38,458 nucleotides of DNA. Source: an uncultured bacterium (GTDB lineage: Bacteria > Methylomirabilota > Methylomirabilia > Rokubacteriales > DASRDR01). The notes under the pieces were generated by a model. It was given only the letters and a program-made list of their open reading frames with translations. It ran no database searches and had not been told where the DNA came from. Of the stretch, positions 1 to 8,136 are shown piece by piece. The position numbers and the translations under genes were made by a program. Every line of letters starts with the position of its first letter. Within the stretch, counting starts at the first letter, position 1. The DNA is taken from the NCBI GenBank assembly GCA_964509395.1, contig CAZDYT010000001.1, forward strand, positions 1 to 38,458, given 5' to 3'.

Positions 1-1
1 C

Positions 2-790
2 GTGGCTCTTCTGGAGGCGTTGCGAGCCCGCTCGGACTGGGACGTGCTTTCGCTCCGAAAGCTTCCGGGGGACTCGGCGACGCTGCAGGCGCTCGAGGCG
101 GCCCTTCCCGGTCGGCTGCTGTGGCGGGTGGCCGGCCGTGAGCAGTCGCCGTACGTAGAGATCGCCGGAACCTGGGGAGACTTCTTCCGCCACAAAACCC
201 AACGCTTCAGGAAGACCTGCCGAAATATCGAGAACCGACTCGGAAAGAGCGGGATGGTGGCGGTAGAGGAGTACCGCGAGGTTGACCCGGAGGGACCGGT
301 TTTTGCCGAGGTCATGGAAGTCTCGCGGCAAAGCTGGAAGGGCCCGCGGGGAGTGGGCATGGCGACGATGCTCGGGATGCCCAGGTTTTTCCGGGAGCTC
401 ACACAGCGTGCTAGCGCGAACGGCTGGCTGCATCTCTGGATCCTTCGGCTGGACGGGCGCGCCGTGGCCACCGAGTACCAGATCCGGTCCAACGGCCGGC
501 TGCACGCGTTGCGTGCTGATTTCGATGCCGCGCTTGCGAGCCTTTCGCCCGGAGCCGTCCTGAATCTCCGGATCATGCAATCCATCTTTGATCGGCGCGA
601 CGTGGGCGAGTACGACATGGGCCCGGGGGGCAATACGTACAAGCTCCGGTGGGCGACCGGTGCGCGGGAGTCCGTCTGGCTTGAGGTGTACGCTGCCACG
701 CCGTACGGGCGCTTTCTCCACTCAATCGAGACTCGGCTGATTCCGCTCCTGCGGCGGTGGCGGGCTCGCGCGAGAGCGGCATGCGTCTAA
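2..790 (+). CDS. FemAB/CelD-like GNAT-fold transferase, C-terminal part (5' end lies outside the window)
   Basis: The frame is open from the window edge, so there is no true start. The C-terminal region (LRADFD...SPGAVLNLRIMQ...EYDMGPGGNTYKLRWAT) resembles BioF2-like/FemAB-type acetyltransferase C-termini. It parallels the FDFGG...YAFKRRWGG end of the FemAB-like CDS at 32801. Stop TAA 788-790 overlaps the next gene's start. Confidence 0.7.
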   Translation: MALLEALRARSDWDVLSLRKLPGDSATLQALEAALPGRLLWRVAGREQSPYVEIAGTWGDFFRHKTQRFRKTCRNIENRLGKSGMVAVEEYREVDPEGPVFAEVMEVSRQSWKGPRGVGMATMLGMPRFFRELTQRASANGWLHLWILRLDGRAVATEYQIRSNGRLHALRADFDAALASLSPGAVLNLRIMQSIFDRRDVGEYDMGPGGNTYKLRWATGARESVWLEVYAATPYGRFLHSIETRLIPLLRRWRARARAACV

Positions 791-2637
791 TCGGCGGTGT
801 CGTCTTCCGCGATCCCGCACGACCGGCGCCGGACTCTCTCTTGCAAGCTATGGCGCGCCGGATTGCCGGCGTGCGGCAGCCGGTGTGCGCCAGTCGAGGG
901 CATGTCGGGTTCTTCTCGTGCATCGAGCCAGGAGGTTTGGATTTGACGGAGCGGGTCTGGGCGCTCGCCGACCTGGATCTCACAAACCTGCCAGAACTGC
1001 ACGCCCTGGCCGCTCGTGGCGATGGCCGCTCGGACAGGCTCCTGACGACGCTCTATAGAACGTACGGCCCCGCCTTCATCGCGAGGCTCCGGGGGGCCTT
1101 TGCCCTGGCCCTCTGGGACCGTCGGTTCCATCGGCTTCTGCTGGCGGTCGACCGCTTCGGGGTCAAGCGGCTCTACTACGTGAGGACCCCGGAAGGCTTT
1201 ACCTTCGCATCCCGGCCGAGCCCCCTTCTCGCACTGCCAGAACTGTCGGCCGAAGTCGATCCCACGGCGGTGTACCAATACCTGAACTTCGGCTTCGTCC
1301 CCGCCCCCTACTCAGCCTTTGCCCGAGTTCGGCGGCTTCCGCCCGGCCACACCCTCGTGCTCCGGAACGCGGAGCCGACGATCGCGCGCTATTGGGATCT
1401 GGCGTATCCCGAACGGCCAGTCGGAGTCCGTGAGGCGGCCGCCGCGACATTTCGAATGGTCGAAGATGCGGTGGCCGTGTCCCTCCACGGAGCTGCGGCA
1501 AAGGAGACCGGCGCCTTCCTGAGCGGTGGGACCGACAGCAGCACTATCGTCGGTCTCATGACGAAGACAACCGGAGAGCGCGTCCACGCGTTCTCGATCG
1601 GCTTCCGGGAGCCTCGCTACAACGAGCTCCACTACGCCACGCTGACGGCCCGGCACTTTGCCGCGGCGCACGGGACCGCGATACTCACCCCGGAAAGGGC
1701 CCTGTCCACATTGCCGCGCCTCATTGAGGCGCATGACGAGCCGTTCGGAAACGACTCGTCGGTCGCGACGTATGCGTGCGCGCAACTGGCTCGCGACCGC
1801 GGGATGACTCGGTTGCTGGGTGGGGACGGGGGTGATGAGCTGTTCGGGGGCAACGAGCGTTACCGGACGGATCGGATCCTTGTGGCGTACCAGCGGATTC
1901 CCGGCGGGCTCCGGCGTTCAATTCTCGAGCCACTGTTAGCCTGGCTCCCCGATGGGGACGCTTCCCTGCTCGGCCGGGCTCAGCGCTATGTGCACCGGGC
2001 CAATCTCCCAACCCCCCGCCGGTTCTACTTCCATGAGTTCTTCATGGGCCAGGATGGCTTCCGGCTCCTCACGCCCGAGTTTGCCCGGATGGTGGATCGC
2101 GAGGCCCCCTGGAAGGTCGCCCAGCAGCATTTAGACTCGGCGCAAGCGACCAGTGAGCTGAACCGACTGCTCTACCTGGACTTGAAGTTGACCATCGGGG
2201 ACGGCGACCTCTTGAAGGTGACGCGCGCGGCCGAGCTCGCGGGAATTGATGTCCGGTTCCCCATGCTTGATCATTTGTTGGCGGAGTTCACCGGCACCCT
2301 GCCGGCGTGCTACAAAGTCAGGCGCTTCGAGAAGCGGTATCTCTTCAAACGCGCTTTCCGAAACCTCATACCCGCCGAAGTCCTCGCCAAACGCAAACAC
2401 GGTTTTGGCGTGCCCGTGAGCGCGTGGCTCAAGAGTGATCCCGGGTTCCGCCAGCTCCTTCGTGAGAGCCTGCTCTCACCGGGCGCCCACGTGCAGAAAT
2501 ATCTCCGGCAGGAGGGCATTCGCGACCTCGTGCGGCTACACGAAGCCGATGGCACACCATACTACGGAAGCCTCCTGTGGATACTGTTGATGCTCGAGCT
2601 CTGGCACCGTCAGCACGCGAATGGAGTGGGTGTCTGA
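781..2637 (+). CDS. Asparagine synthetase (AsnB)-family amidoligase with degenerate N-terminal glutaminase domain
   Basis: Track ORF 757..2637. The best start is ATG 781 (MRLIGGVVF), which aligns to MCGIAGV of the paralogs with Cys replaced by Arg and overlaps the upstream stop by 10 nt. PP-loop AFLSGGTDSSTIVG is present. C-terminal KHGFGVPVSAW and LLWILLMLELW are shared with the paralogs at 20701 and 24412. Confidence 0.85.
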   Translation: MRLIGGVVFRDPARPAPDSLLQAMARRIAGVRQPVCASRGHVGFFSCIEPGGLDLTERVWALADLDLTNLPELHALAARGDGRSDRLLTTLYRTYGPAFIARLRGAFALALWDRRFHRLLLAVDRFGVKRLYYVRTPEGFTFASRPSPLLALPELSAEVDPTAVYQYLNFGFVPAPYSAFARVRRLPPGHTLVLRNAEPTIARYWDLAYPERPVGVREAAAATFRMVEDAVAVSLHGAAAKETGAFLSGGTDSSTIVGLMTKTTGERVHAFSIGFREPRYNELHYATLTARHFAAAHGTAILTPERALSTLPRLIEAHDEPFGNDSSVATYACAQLARDRGMTRLLGGDGGDELFGGNERYRTDRILVAYQRIPGGLRRSILEPLLAWLPDGDASLLGRAQRYVHRANLPTPRRFYFHEFFMGQDGFRLLTPEFARMVDREAPWKVAQQHLDSAQATSELNRLLYLDLKLTIGDGDLLKVTRAAELAGIDVRFPMLDHLLAEFTGTLPACYKVRRFEKRYLFKRAFRNLIPAEVLAKRKHGFGVPVSAWLKSDPGFRQLLRESLLSPGAHVQKYLRQEGIRDLVRLHEADGTPYYGSLLWILLMLELWHRQHANGVGV

Positions 2638-3674
2638 TGAGAGGCCGGGCGCGAGCGACCATCGTTCGAGCTTTGGCCGCCGGACTCTACAAATCGGGAG
2701 CGGTCGGCGGCCTGTCGAGATTTTCAGACTATGCGGCTTTAGGAGGTCCGGGAGGATTGTCGTATCGCCGGTATCCGGCTTTCCCGATCCTCGTGTACCA
2801 CCGAGTCGATGATAATCGTGACCCATTCTTCCCGTCGGTCCCGACCGAGGTTTTCGAGCGGCAGATGCGCTTCGTCGCTCGCACCTACCGCGTGCTCATC
2901 TTGGAAGAACTGGTGGAGCGGATGCGCAGTGGCGGACTCCCGCGAAACGCTCTCGCGATCACTTTCGATGACGGCTATCGGGATGTCTTGACGCATGTCG
3001 CACCGATCCTGACGAAATACCGAGCGCCCGCCAGCGTGTTCCTCGCAACGGGCTTCATCGGTACCGCCGAGGTTCCGTGGTTCGATCGGCTCGCGATGGC
3101 GTTCAAGCTGACGAAGGCCACGTTCATCGCCACACCGTGGGGCGAAACGATGAGCCTGGCTAGTGACGGAGACCGAGTCCGCGGCCTTCAGCGAACGCTC
3201 GACGCGCTCAAGCGCCTTCAGGACGAAGAGCTGCGGCGCACTGTGGACGGGTTGCTCGAAAGTCTCGGGGTAACGGAGCAGCGGAACTTTAAGGGCCTCA
3301 TGCTCGGTTGGGACGATGTTCACGCTCTGATGGGGCTGGGGTTCGCCATCGGTGCCCACACGGTGAACCACCCGATCCTCTCGCGCGTCAGCCTCGAGCG
3401 GGTTCGGTCGGAGATCGAGGGCTCCCGCGCGATGATCGAGTCAGCGTGCGGCCACAGGCCTCGCGCTTTTGCCTACCCAAACGGGCAATCCGGAGACTAC
3501 ACCGCGGCAGTAGTGCGCCTGGTCCGCGAGGCGGGGTTCACGTGCGCGGTCAGCGCGCGCTTCGGCATCAACACTCGAAGGACATCGCCGTGGGAACTCC
3601 GGCGAGGGCAACCGTGGGAACATGACGTCCCGACTTTCGCGCTGAAGCTCGCGTGGTATCGGATGGCGCTGTAG
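2637..3674 (+). CDS. Polysaccharide deacetylase (NodB/CE4 family), of the type found in PEP-CTERM loci
   Basis: NodB motifs ITFDDGYRD and GAHTVNHP are present, along with FPILVYHRVDD. ATG 2637 overlaps the upstream TGA by 1 nt. An alternative in-frame start at 2577 would overlap the upstream CDS by 61 nt. Confidence 0.88.
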   Translation: MRGRARATIVRALAAGLYKSGAVGGLSRFSDYAALGGPGGLSYRRYPAFPILVYHRVDDNRDPFFPSVPTEVFERQMRFVARTYRVLILEELVERMRSGGLPRNALAITFDDGYRDVLTHVAPILTKYRAPASVFLATGFIGTAEVPWFDRLAMAFKLTKATFIATPWGETMSLASDGDRVRGLQRTLDALKRLQDEELRRTVDGLLESLGVTEQRNFKGLMLGWDDVHALMGLGFAIGAHTVNHPILSRVSLERVRSEIEGSRAMIESACGHRPRAFAYPNGQSGDYTAAVVRLVREAGFTCAVSARFGINTRRTSPWELRRGQPWEHDVPTFALKLAWYRMAL

Positions 3675-3683
3675 CGGGACCTG

Positions 3684-4724
3684 ATGAAACTCACGGACGA
3701 GACCGCTGTCATTCCTGAGCTCATCCGTCGCCACTTGGACATCTTCATGTGTCCGGTATGCGGTGGACGGTTGAAAGTGCCCGACGACCATTCGACGATG
3801 GAATGTGCAGCGTGCAAGCGTGTGTTCGCGTGCGATCAAGGCATTCCCTTGTTATTCTGGCCCACCGGCCGCAGTTCCAAGGCCGATGTGACAGATCTCG
3901 TGAAGGCCTTTTATGAGGAGACGCCCTTTCCTGGTTACGACGACTTGGACTCCCCGGAGAGCCTCCGAGCAAAGGCCGAGAATGGAGTCTTCGCTCGGCT
4001 CTTGAGCGGGCAGATCGCGCATGGCTCGAAGGTCCTCGAATGTGGTTGCGGCACGGGTCAGCTGAGCAATTTCCTTGGATTGACATGGGGACGAAGCGTC
4101 TTTGCCACAGATCTGTGCGTGAACTCTCTGAGGCTGGGCCACGCGTTCGAGGAGCAACATGGTCTTGAGAATGTCTGCTTCGTTCAGATGAACCTCTTCC
4201 GTCCAGTGTTTCGACCGGAGGTCTTTGATTTTGTGATCTGCAACGGTGTGTTGCACCACACCGCTGATCCCTTCGCCGGGTTCCAGGCTCTTTTGCCCTC
4301 TCTGAAGAAGGGCGGTTTCGTCGTCGTTGGACTCTATAACAGGTACGGGAGACTCACGACCGACATCCGACGCCTTATCTTTCGAGTGGCTGGGGATAGG
4401 CTGACGTCCCTCGATCCACGGCTGAGGACCGAGACCCTCAATGACGCGAGAAGGCGGGCTTGGTTCAGGGATCAGTATAAGCATCCGCATGAATCGAAGC
4501 ATACCTTTGGCGAGGTGCTGCGGTGGTTCGACCAGTCGAGCGTCGAATTCGTGAACAGCATACCGAAGTGCGTCGCAAGCGAGTCGTTTTCCCCCGGGGA
4601 GAGATTGTTCGAGCCAAACCCGCGAGGCACGGCCGTCGATCGGGCCATCGTGCAGGCCGCCATGCTTCTCACCGGGGGGCGAGAAGGTGGCTTTTTCACC
4701 ATGATCGGCCGGAAGAGGGCCTGA
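3684..4724 (+). CDS. Class I SAM-dependent methyltransferase with N-terminal Trm112-like zinc ribbon
   Basis: Two Cys pairs, CPVCGG...ECAACKRVFACDQGIPLLF, form a zinc-ribbon-like N-terminus. SAM motif I VLECGCGTGQLSNFL is followed by FDFVICNGVLHHT and GGFVVVGLYN. ATG 3684 lies 9 nt after the upstream TAG. Confidence 0.85.
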   Translation: MKLTDETAVIPELIRRHLDIFMCPVCGGRLKVPDDHSTMECAACKRVFACDQGIPLLFWPTGRSSKADVTDLVKAFYEETPFPGYDDLDSPESLRAKAENGVFARLLSGQIAHGSKVLECGCGTGQLSNFLGLTWGRSVFATDLCVNSLRLGHAFEEQHGLENVCFVQMNLFRPVFRPEVFDFVICNGVLHHTADPFAGFQALLPSLKKGGFVVVGLYNRYGRLTTDIRRLIFRVAGDRLTSLDPRLRTETLNDARRRAWFRDQYKHPHESKHTFGEVLRWFDQSSVEFVNSIPKCVASESFSPGERLFEPNPRGTAVDRAIVQAAMLLTGGREGGFFTMIGRKRA

Positions 4725-4744
4725 GGCGAAGGGAGAGATCCCCG

Positions 4745-4978
4745 ATGCGTGTGCTCAAGGTGATCTGGACTCGGTGGCAGGTGCTCGGCCGGAGGATTGC
4801 GGACCTTCAAGCGCGTGCGCTGCTGTTTGTCTTCTACTTCACGGTGTTCGGGCCATTCGCCCTGGGCGTGAAAGTGCTCGGTGACCCGCTGCGGCTGCAC
4901 CCCGGAGCGGCCAACGGCTGGGTGGCGCGGCCGGGTGCTGACGCGGACCCGCTGACGCTCGCGAGGAGGCAGTTCTAG
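4745..4978 (+). CDS. Small predicted membrane protein (77 aa), hypothetical
   Basis: ATG 4745 is preceded by AAGGGAGAG. There is one clear hydrophobic segment, ALLFVFYFTVFGPFALGVKVL. The 5' part of track ORF 4523..4978 overlaps the methyltransferase CDS and is Arg-rich alternative-frame noise. Stop TAG 4976-4978 sits 1 nt before the carbamoyltransferase ATG. Confidence 0.5.
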   Translation: MRVLKVIWTRWQVLGRRIADLQARALLFVFYFTVFGPFALGVKVLGDPLRLHPGAANGWVARPGADADPLTLARRQF

Positions 4979-4979
4979 C

Positions 4980-6755
4980 ATGAACATCATGGGGATCTCG
5001 TGCTTCTTTCACGATTCGGCTGCGGCCCTTCTCCGGGATGGCGAGATCGTCGCTGCGGCAGAGGAGGAACGCTTCACGCGGAAGAAACACGATTACAGGT
5101 ATCCGGCCAATGCGATCGAGTTTTGCTTGCGTGCAGGTCGGATTCGAGGCGAGGAGCTGGATCTGGTCGTCTTTTTCGAAAAACCATTCCTGAAGTTCGA
5201 GCGGATTCTGCAGTCCACGATGCAGACCTTCCCGAGGTCGCGGAAGGTGTTTCAGGAGTCGTTGGTTGCGTGGTTTACGGAGAAGCTCTGGATCAAGAGC
5301 CTCATCAAAGAAACGCTCCGTGTCCCGGAGTCCAAGATCCTGTTCAGCGACCACCACCTCTCGCACGCCGCGAGCGCCTTCTTTTGCTCGCCCTTTGAGG
5401 AGGCGGCGATCTTGACTGTAGACGGCGTCGGTGAATGGGCGACGGCGACGTATGGCACCGGTCGAGGAAGCGAGATCAAGATTTGCCGCGAGATTCGGTT
5501 CCCCCATTCCCTCGGCTTGCTATACAGCGCCTTCACAGCCTTTTTGGGGTTCGAGGTGAATGAAGGCGAGTACAAGGTGATGGGTATGGCGCCGTTTGGC
5601 GAACCCCGGTACGCGGACAAGGTGTGGAAGCTGATTGGTCAGGAGGCCGACGGCAGCTTCCACCTTAACATGGAGTACTTCTCGTTTCACCAATCGACCT
5701 ACGCGACGTACGACGACCGCTTCGTCGATGTGTTCGGGCCGCCGCGTGATCCGAAGGCCCACTTCTTCACACCCTCGAGCGGGTACCCGTCCTACTTTGG
5801 CGAGAAGCCGGCCGCCTACGACCGCCTGGCTCGGGAGAACCAGCGCTATGCGGATATCGCCGCGAGCATTCAGGCGGTCACCGAAGAGGTGCTGCTGAAG
5901 ATGGCCTGCCACCTACATCGGGAAACAGGCCTGAAGCACCTCTGCATGGCAGGTGGTGTGGCCCTCAACAGCGTGGCAAACGGCCGGATCCTCAGGGAGA
6001 CAGCGTTCGAGGAGATCTTCATCCAGCCCGCTGCGGGAGATGGCGGTGGCGCTGTCGGCGCGGCGCTGTACGGCTATCACATGGTCCTGGGGAAGCCACG
6101 CCAGTTTGTCATGCGTCACGCCTGCTGGGGACAGGAGTACAGCGCCGGCGAAATCGACGCGTTTCTGCGCAGCCAGAATATCGCGCACACGCGCGTCGAG
6201 AATGATGATGCACTGCTCGGGCGCGTCGTGGACGCGCTTCAGCGGGGCAAGGTCGTTGGATGGTTTCAGGGACGGTTTGAATGGGGACCGCGCGCGCTCG
6301 GGAACCGCAGCATCCTCGCGGATCCGCGCGACCCGGCGATGAAGGACATCGTCAACACGAAGATCAAGTTTCGCGAGCCATTCCGACCCTTCGCGCCCTC
6401 GGTACTTATGGAGCGGGCGGCGGACTTCTTCGACTTGGCGGAGCCGGCGCGGCACTATCCCGCGCGGTACATGCTTTACGTCGTGGGCGTAAAGGACGGG
6501 GCGCGAGATCGCGTGCCAGCCATCACCCACGTGGACGGGTCGGCACGACTTCAAACCGTGGACCGCGAGACCGCACCACGCTACCACCGGTTGATTCAGA
6601 CGTTTGGCGAGGCCACGGGGGTTCCGGTCGTGCTGAACACGTCCTTCAATCTGAAGGGAGAGCCGATCGTCAACTCGCCGGCGGAGGCGTTCAGCACGTT
6701 CAGCCGAAGCGGCATGGACGTCCTGGTCCTCGGCCAACACATCATCGAGAAATAG
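4980..6755 (+). CDS. Carbamoyltransferase, NodU/CmcH family
   Basis: N-terminus MNIMGISCFFHDSAAALLRDGEIVAAAEEERFTRKKHD, plus SDHHLSHAASAF, CMAGGVALNSVANG and a C-terminal NTSFNLKGEPIV. These are typical of NodU/CmcH O-carbamoyltransferases. GAGGAGG lies about 9 nt upstream of the ATG. Confidence 0.93.
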   Translation: MNIMGISCFFHDSAAALLRDGEIVAAAEEERFTRKKHDYRYPANAIEFCLRAGRIRGEELDLVVFFEKPFLKFERILQSTMQTFPRSRKVFQESLVAWFTEKLWIKSLIKETLRVPESKILFSDHHLSHAASAFFCSPFEEAAILTVDGVGEWATATYGTGRGSEIKICREIRFPHSLGLLYSAFTAFLGFEVNEGEYKVMGMAPFGEPRYADKVWKLIGQEADGSFHLNMEYFSFHQSTYATYDDRFVDVFGPPRDPKAHFFTPSSGYPSYFGEKPAAYDRLARENQRYADIAASIQAVTEEVLLKMACHLHRETGLKHLCMAGGVALNSVANGRILRETAFEEIFIQPAAGDGGGAVGAALYGYHMVLGKPRQFVMRHACWGQEYSAGEIDAFLRSQNIAHTRVENDDALLGRVVDALQRGKVVGWFQGRFEWGPRALGNRSILADPRDPAMKDIVNTKIKFREPFRPFAPSVLMERAADFFDLAEPARHYPARYMLYVVGVKDGARDRVPAITHVDGSARLQTVDRETAPRYHRLIQTFGEATGVPVVLNTSFNLKGEPIVNSPAEAFSTFSRSGMDVLVLGQHIIEK

Positions 6756-6770
6756 GGGGGCGAGAACGCG

Positions 6771-6941
6771 ATGAAGAGCCTGCTCATGAAGTTCTCGATC
6801 GCGGGGGAGTTGCTGGAATTCCTATGGGCGGCGAAGCTCTGGTGGATGATCCCCATGGTCTTCATGCTTTTGCTCCTGGGTGGTCTGATCCTCTTCGCTC
6901 AAAGTTCAGCAGTCGCACCGTTCATCTACACACTGTTCTGA
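6771..6941 (+). CDS. DUF5989-like small membrane protein (56 aa); not in the supplied ORF track
   Basis: My own translation is MKSLLMKFSIAGELLEFLWAAKLWWMIPMVFMLLLLGGLILFAQSSAVAPFIYTLF*. The single TM and the C-terminal SAVAPFIYTLF tail match the small proteins I recall accompanying carbamoyltransferase genes. A G-rich Shine-Dalgarno-like tract (AGGGGGG) lies upstream. Confidence 0.75.
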   Translation: MKSLLMKFSIAGELLEFLWAAKLWWMIPMVFMLLLLGGLILFAQSSAVAPFIYTLF

Positions 6942-6945
6942 GCCC

Positions 6946-8136
6946 ATGGGAGTGGAAACAGCCTGGCGGCCGCGTCCGATAACGAGGATCGGGGGGCCAA
7001 CGTATTCGCTCCGCGCAAAGCTGTGGCTCGCGTCAGTGAGCATCGGGCTAACGGCGGCGGTGATGGTCACCGTCGGCGAAGCCTATCTGAGGCTGACTCG
7101 AAGCCACGCGAGCCCCGACACCCACCGGGCCAAGTCACTCGAATACGAGGCGACGCTCTTCGCGCGTCACGCCTTTCCCCGAATGGTGCAGAAGAAGCGA
7201 GCGACCCCGAGCGGCTACGTCGAAATCAGCGAACGCGGCTATCGCGGTCGGTCTTTCGAGGTGCCGAAGCCGCCCGGGGTGATCCGTCTTGTGGTCCTCG
7301 GTGGTTCGGCAGCCTTCGACATGTACGCCAAGGAGGGACGAGATTGGCCCCACCTGATAGAAGAGTACCTGCGGGCTCAAGGGCACACGAATGTTGAAGT
7401 CATCAATGCTGGCACCCCCGGGCACGCCACGTTCGATTCTCTGGGACGTCTCTACTCGGAGCTCTGGACGTTCGAGCCGGACTATGTCCTGGTGTACCAC
7501 GCCTGGAACGACATCAAGTACTTTCACCGGCTCGACTCGCAGACCACGTTACTGCGGACTCAGCGCCCGGCCATGGTGACCAACGATGGCGGGCGCCCCA
7601 TGGTCTCGAACCCGTTCATTTACTATTGGGGGCCAGCGGATCGCCTGCTGAGTTACTCCGAGCTGTACGTGCGGCTCCGGTCGCAGTACCTGTTTTGGCG
7701 CATCGGCAAGCCTGGGTCGGAGGGCGTAGTAACCGACGTCAACACCTACGCCAGCACGTATTCCGCCTACGGGCCCCGCCAGTACGGGCTGAACTTGCAC
7801 CTCATCATGTCTGCCGCTAGGCATATCAGGGCCAGAGGAATCCTCGCGACCCAGGCGCGACTGGTGACGCAGTCAAACACTCCGGCCGAGAAGGAGAAGA
7901 TCGCGTACGAGTTAGTAGAGTTGTCCCCTGAGGCGCTTCTTCGCGCCTTCGAGGATTCTGACCGCGCCATCTTCAAGGTGGCGCAGGCTAACGACGTGCC
8001 AGTACTTGATCTGTCGGGTATATTCACTGGCCGCAGCGAGCTCTTCGAGGATCATGTCCACACGACAGCAGCAGGAAGCGAGGCGCTGGCTCGAGCGACG
8101 GCTGAGTTTCTGCGACCGATGATTGGCAGGAGATGA
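6946..8136 (+). CDS. Membrane-anchored SGNH/GDSL-family hydrolase or esterase
   Basis: N-terminal TM segment LWLASVSIGLTAAVMVTVG. SGNH blocks read VVLGGSAAFD (I, Ser), INAGTPGH (II), VYHAWNDI (III, Asn) and DHVHTT (V, DxxH). Confidence 0.75.
   Translation: MGVETAWRPRPITRIGGPTYSLRAKLWLASVSIGLTAAVMVTVGEAYLRLTRSHASPDTHRAKSLEYEATLFARHAFPRMVQKKRATPSGYVEISERGYRGRSFEVPKPPGVIRLVVLGGSAAFDMYAKEGRDWPHLIEEYLRAQGHTNVEVINAGTPGHATFDSLGRLYSELWTFEPDYVLVYHAWNDIKYFHRLDSQTTLLRTQRPAMVTNDGGRPMVSNPFIYYWGPADRLLSYSELYVRLRSQYLFWRIGKPGSEGVVTDVNTYASTYSAYGPRQYGLNLHLIMSAARHIRARGILATQARLVTQSNTPAEKEKIAYELVELSPEALLRAFEDSDRAIFKVAQANDVPVLDLSGIFTGRSELFEDHVHTTAAGSEALARATAEFLRPMIGRR

Noticed and set aside
781-2637. The Cys-less AsnB homolog as a lasso-peptide cyclase (McjC-like).
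   Set aside because: I found no small precursor ORF, no transglutaminase-like leader protease and no PqqD-like RRE gene adjacent. The neighbours are FemAB-like and deacetylase genes in a glycan operon, and the protein shares C-terminal motifs with the two glycan-locus paralogs.
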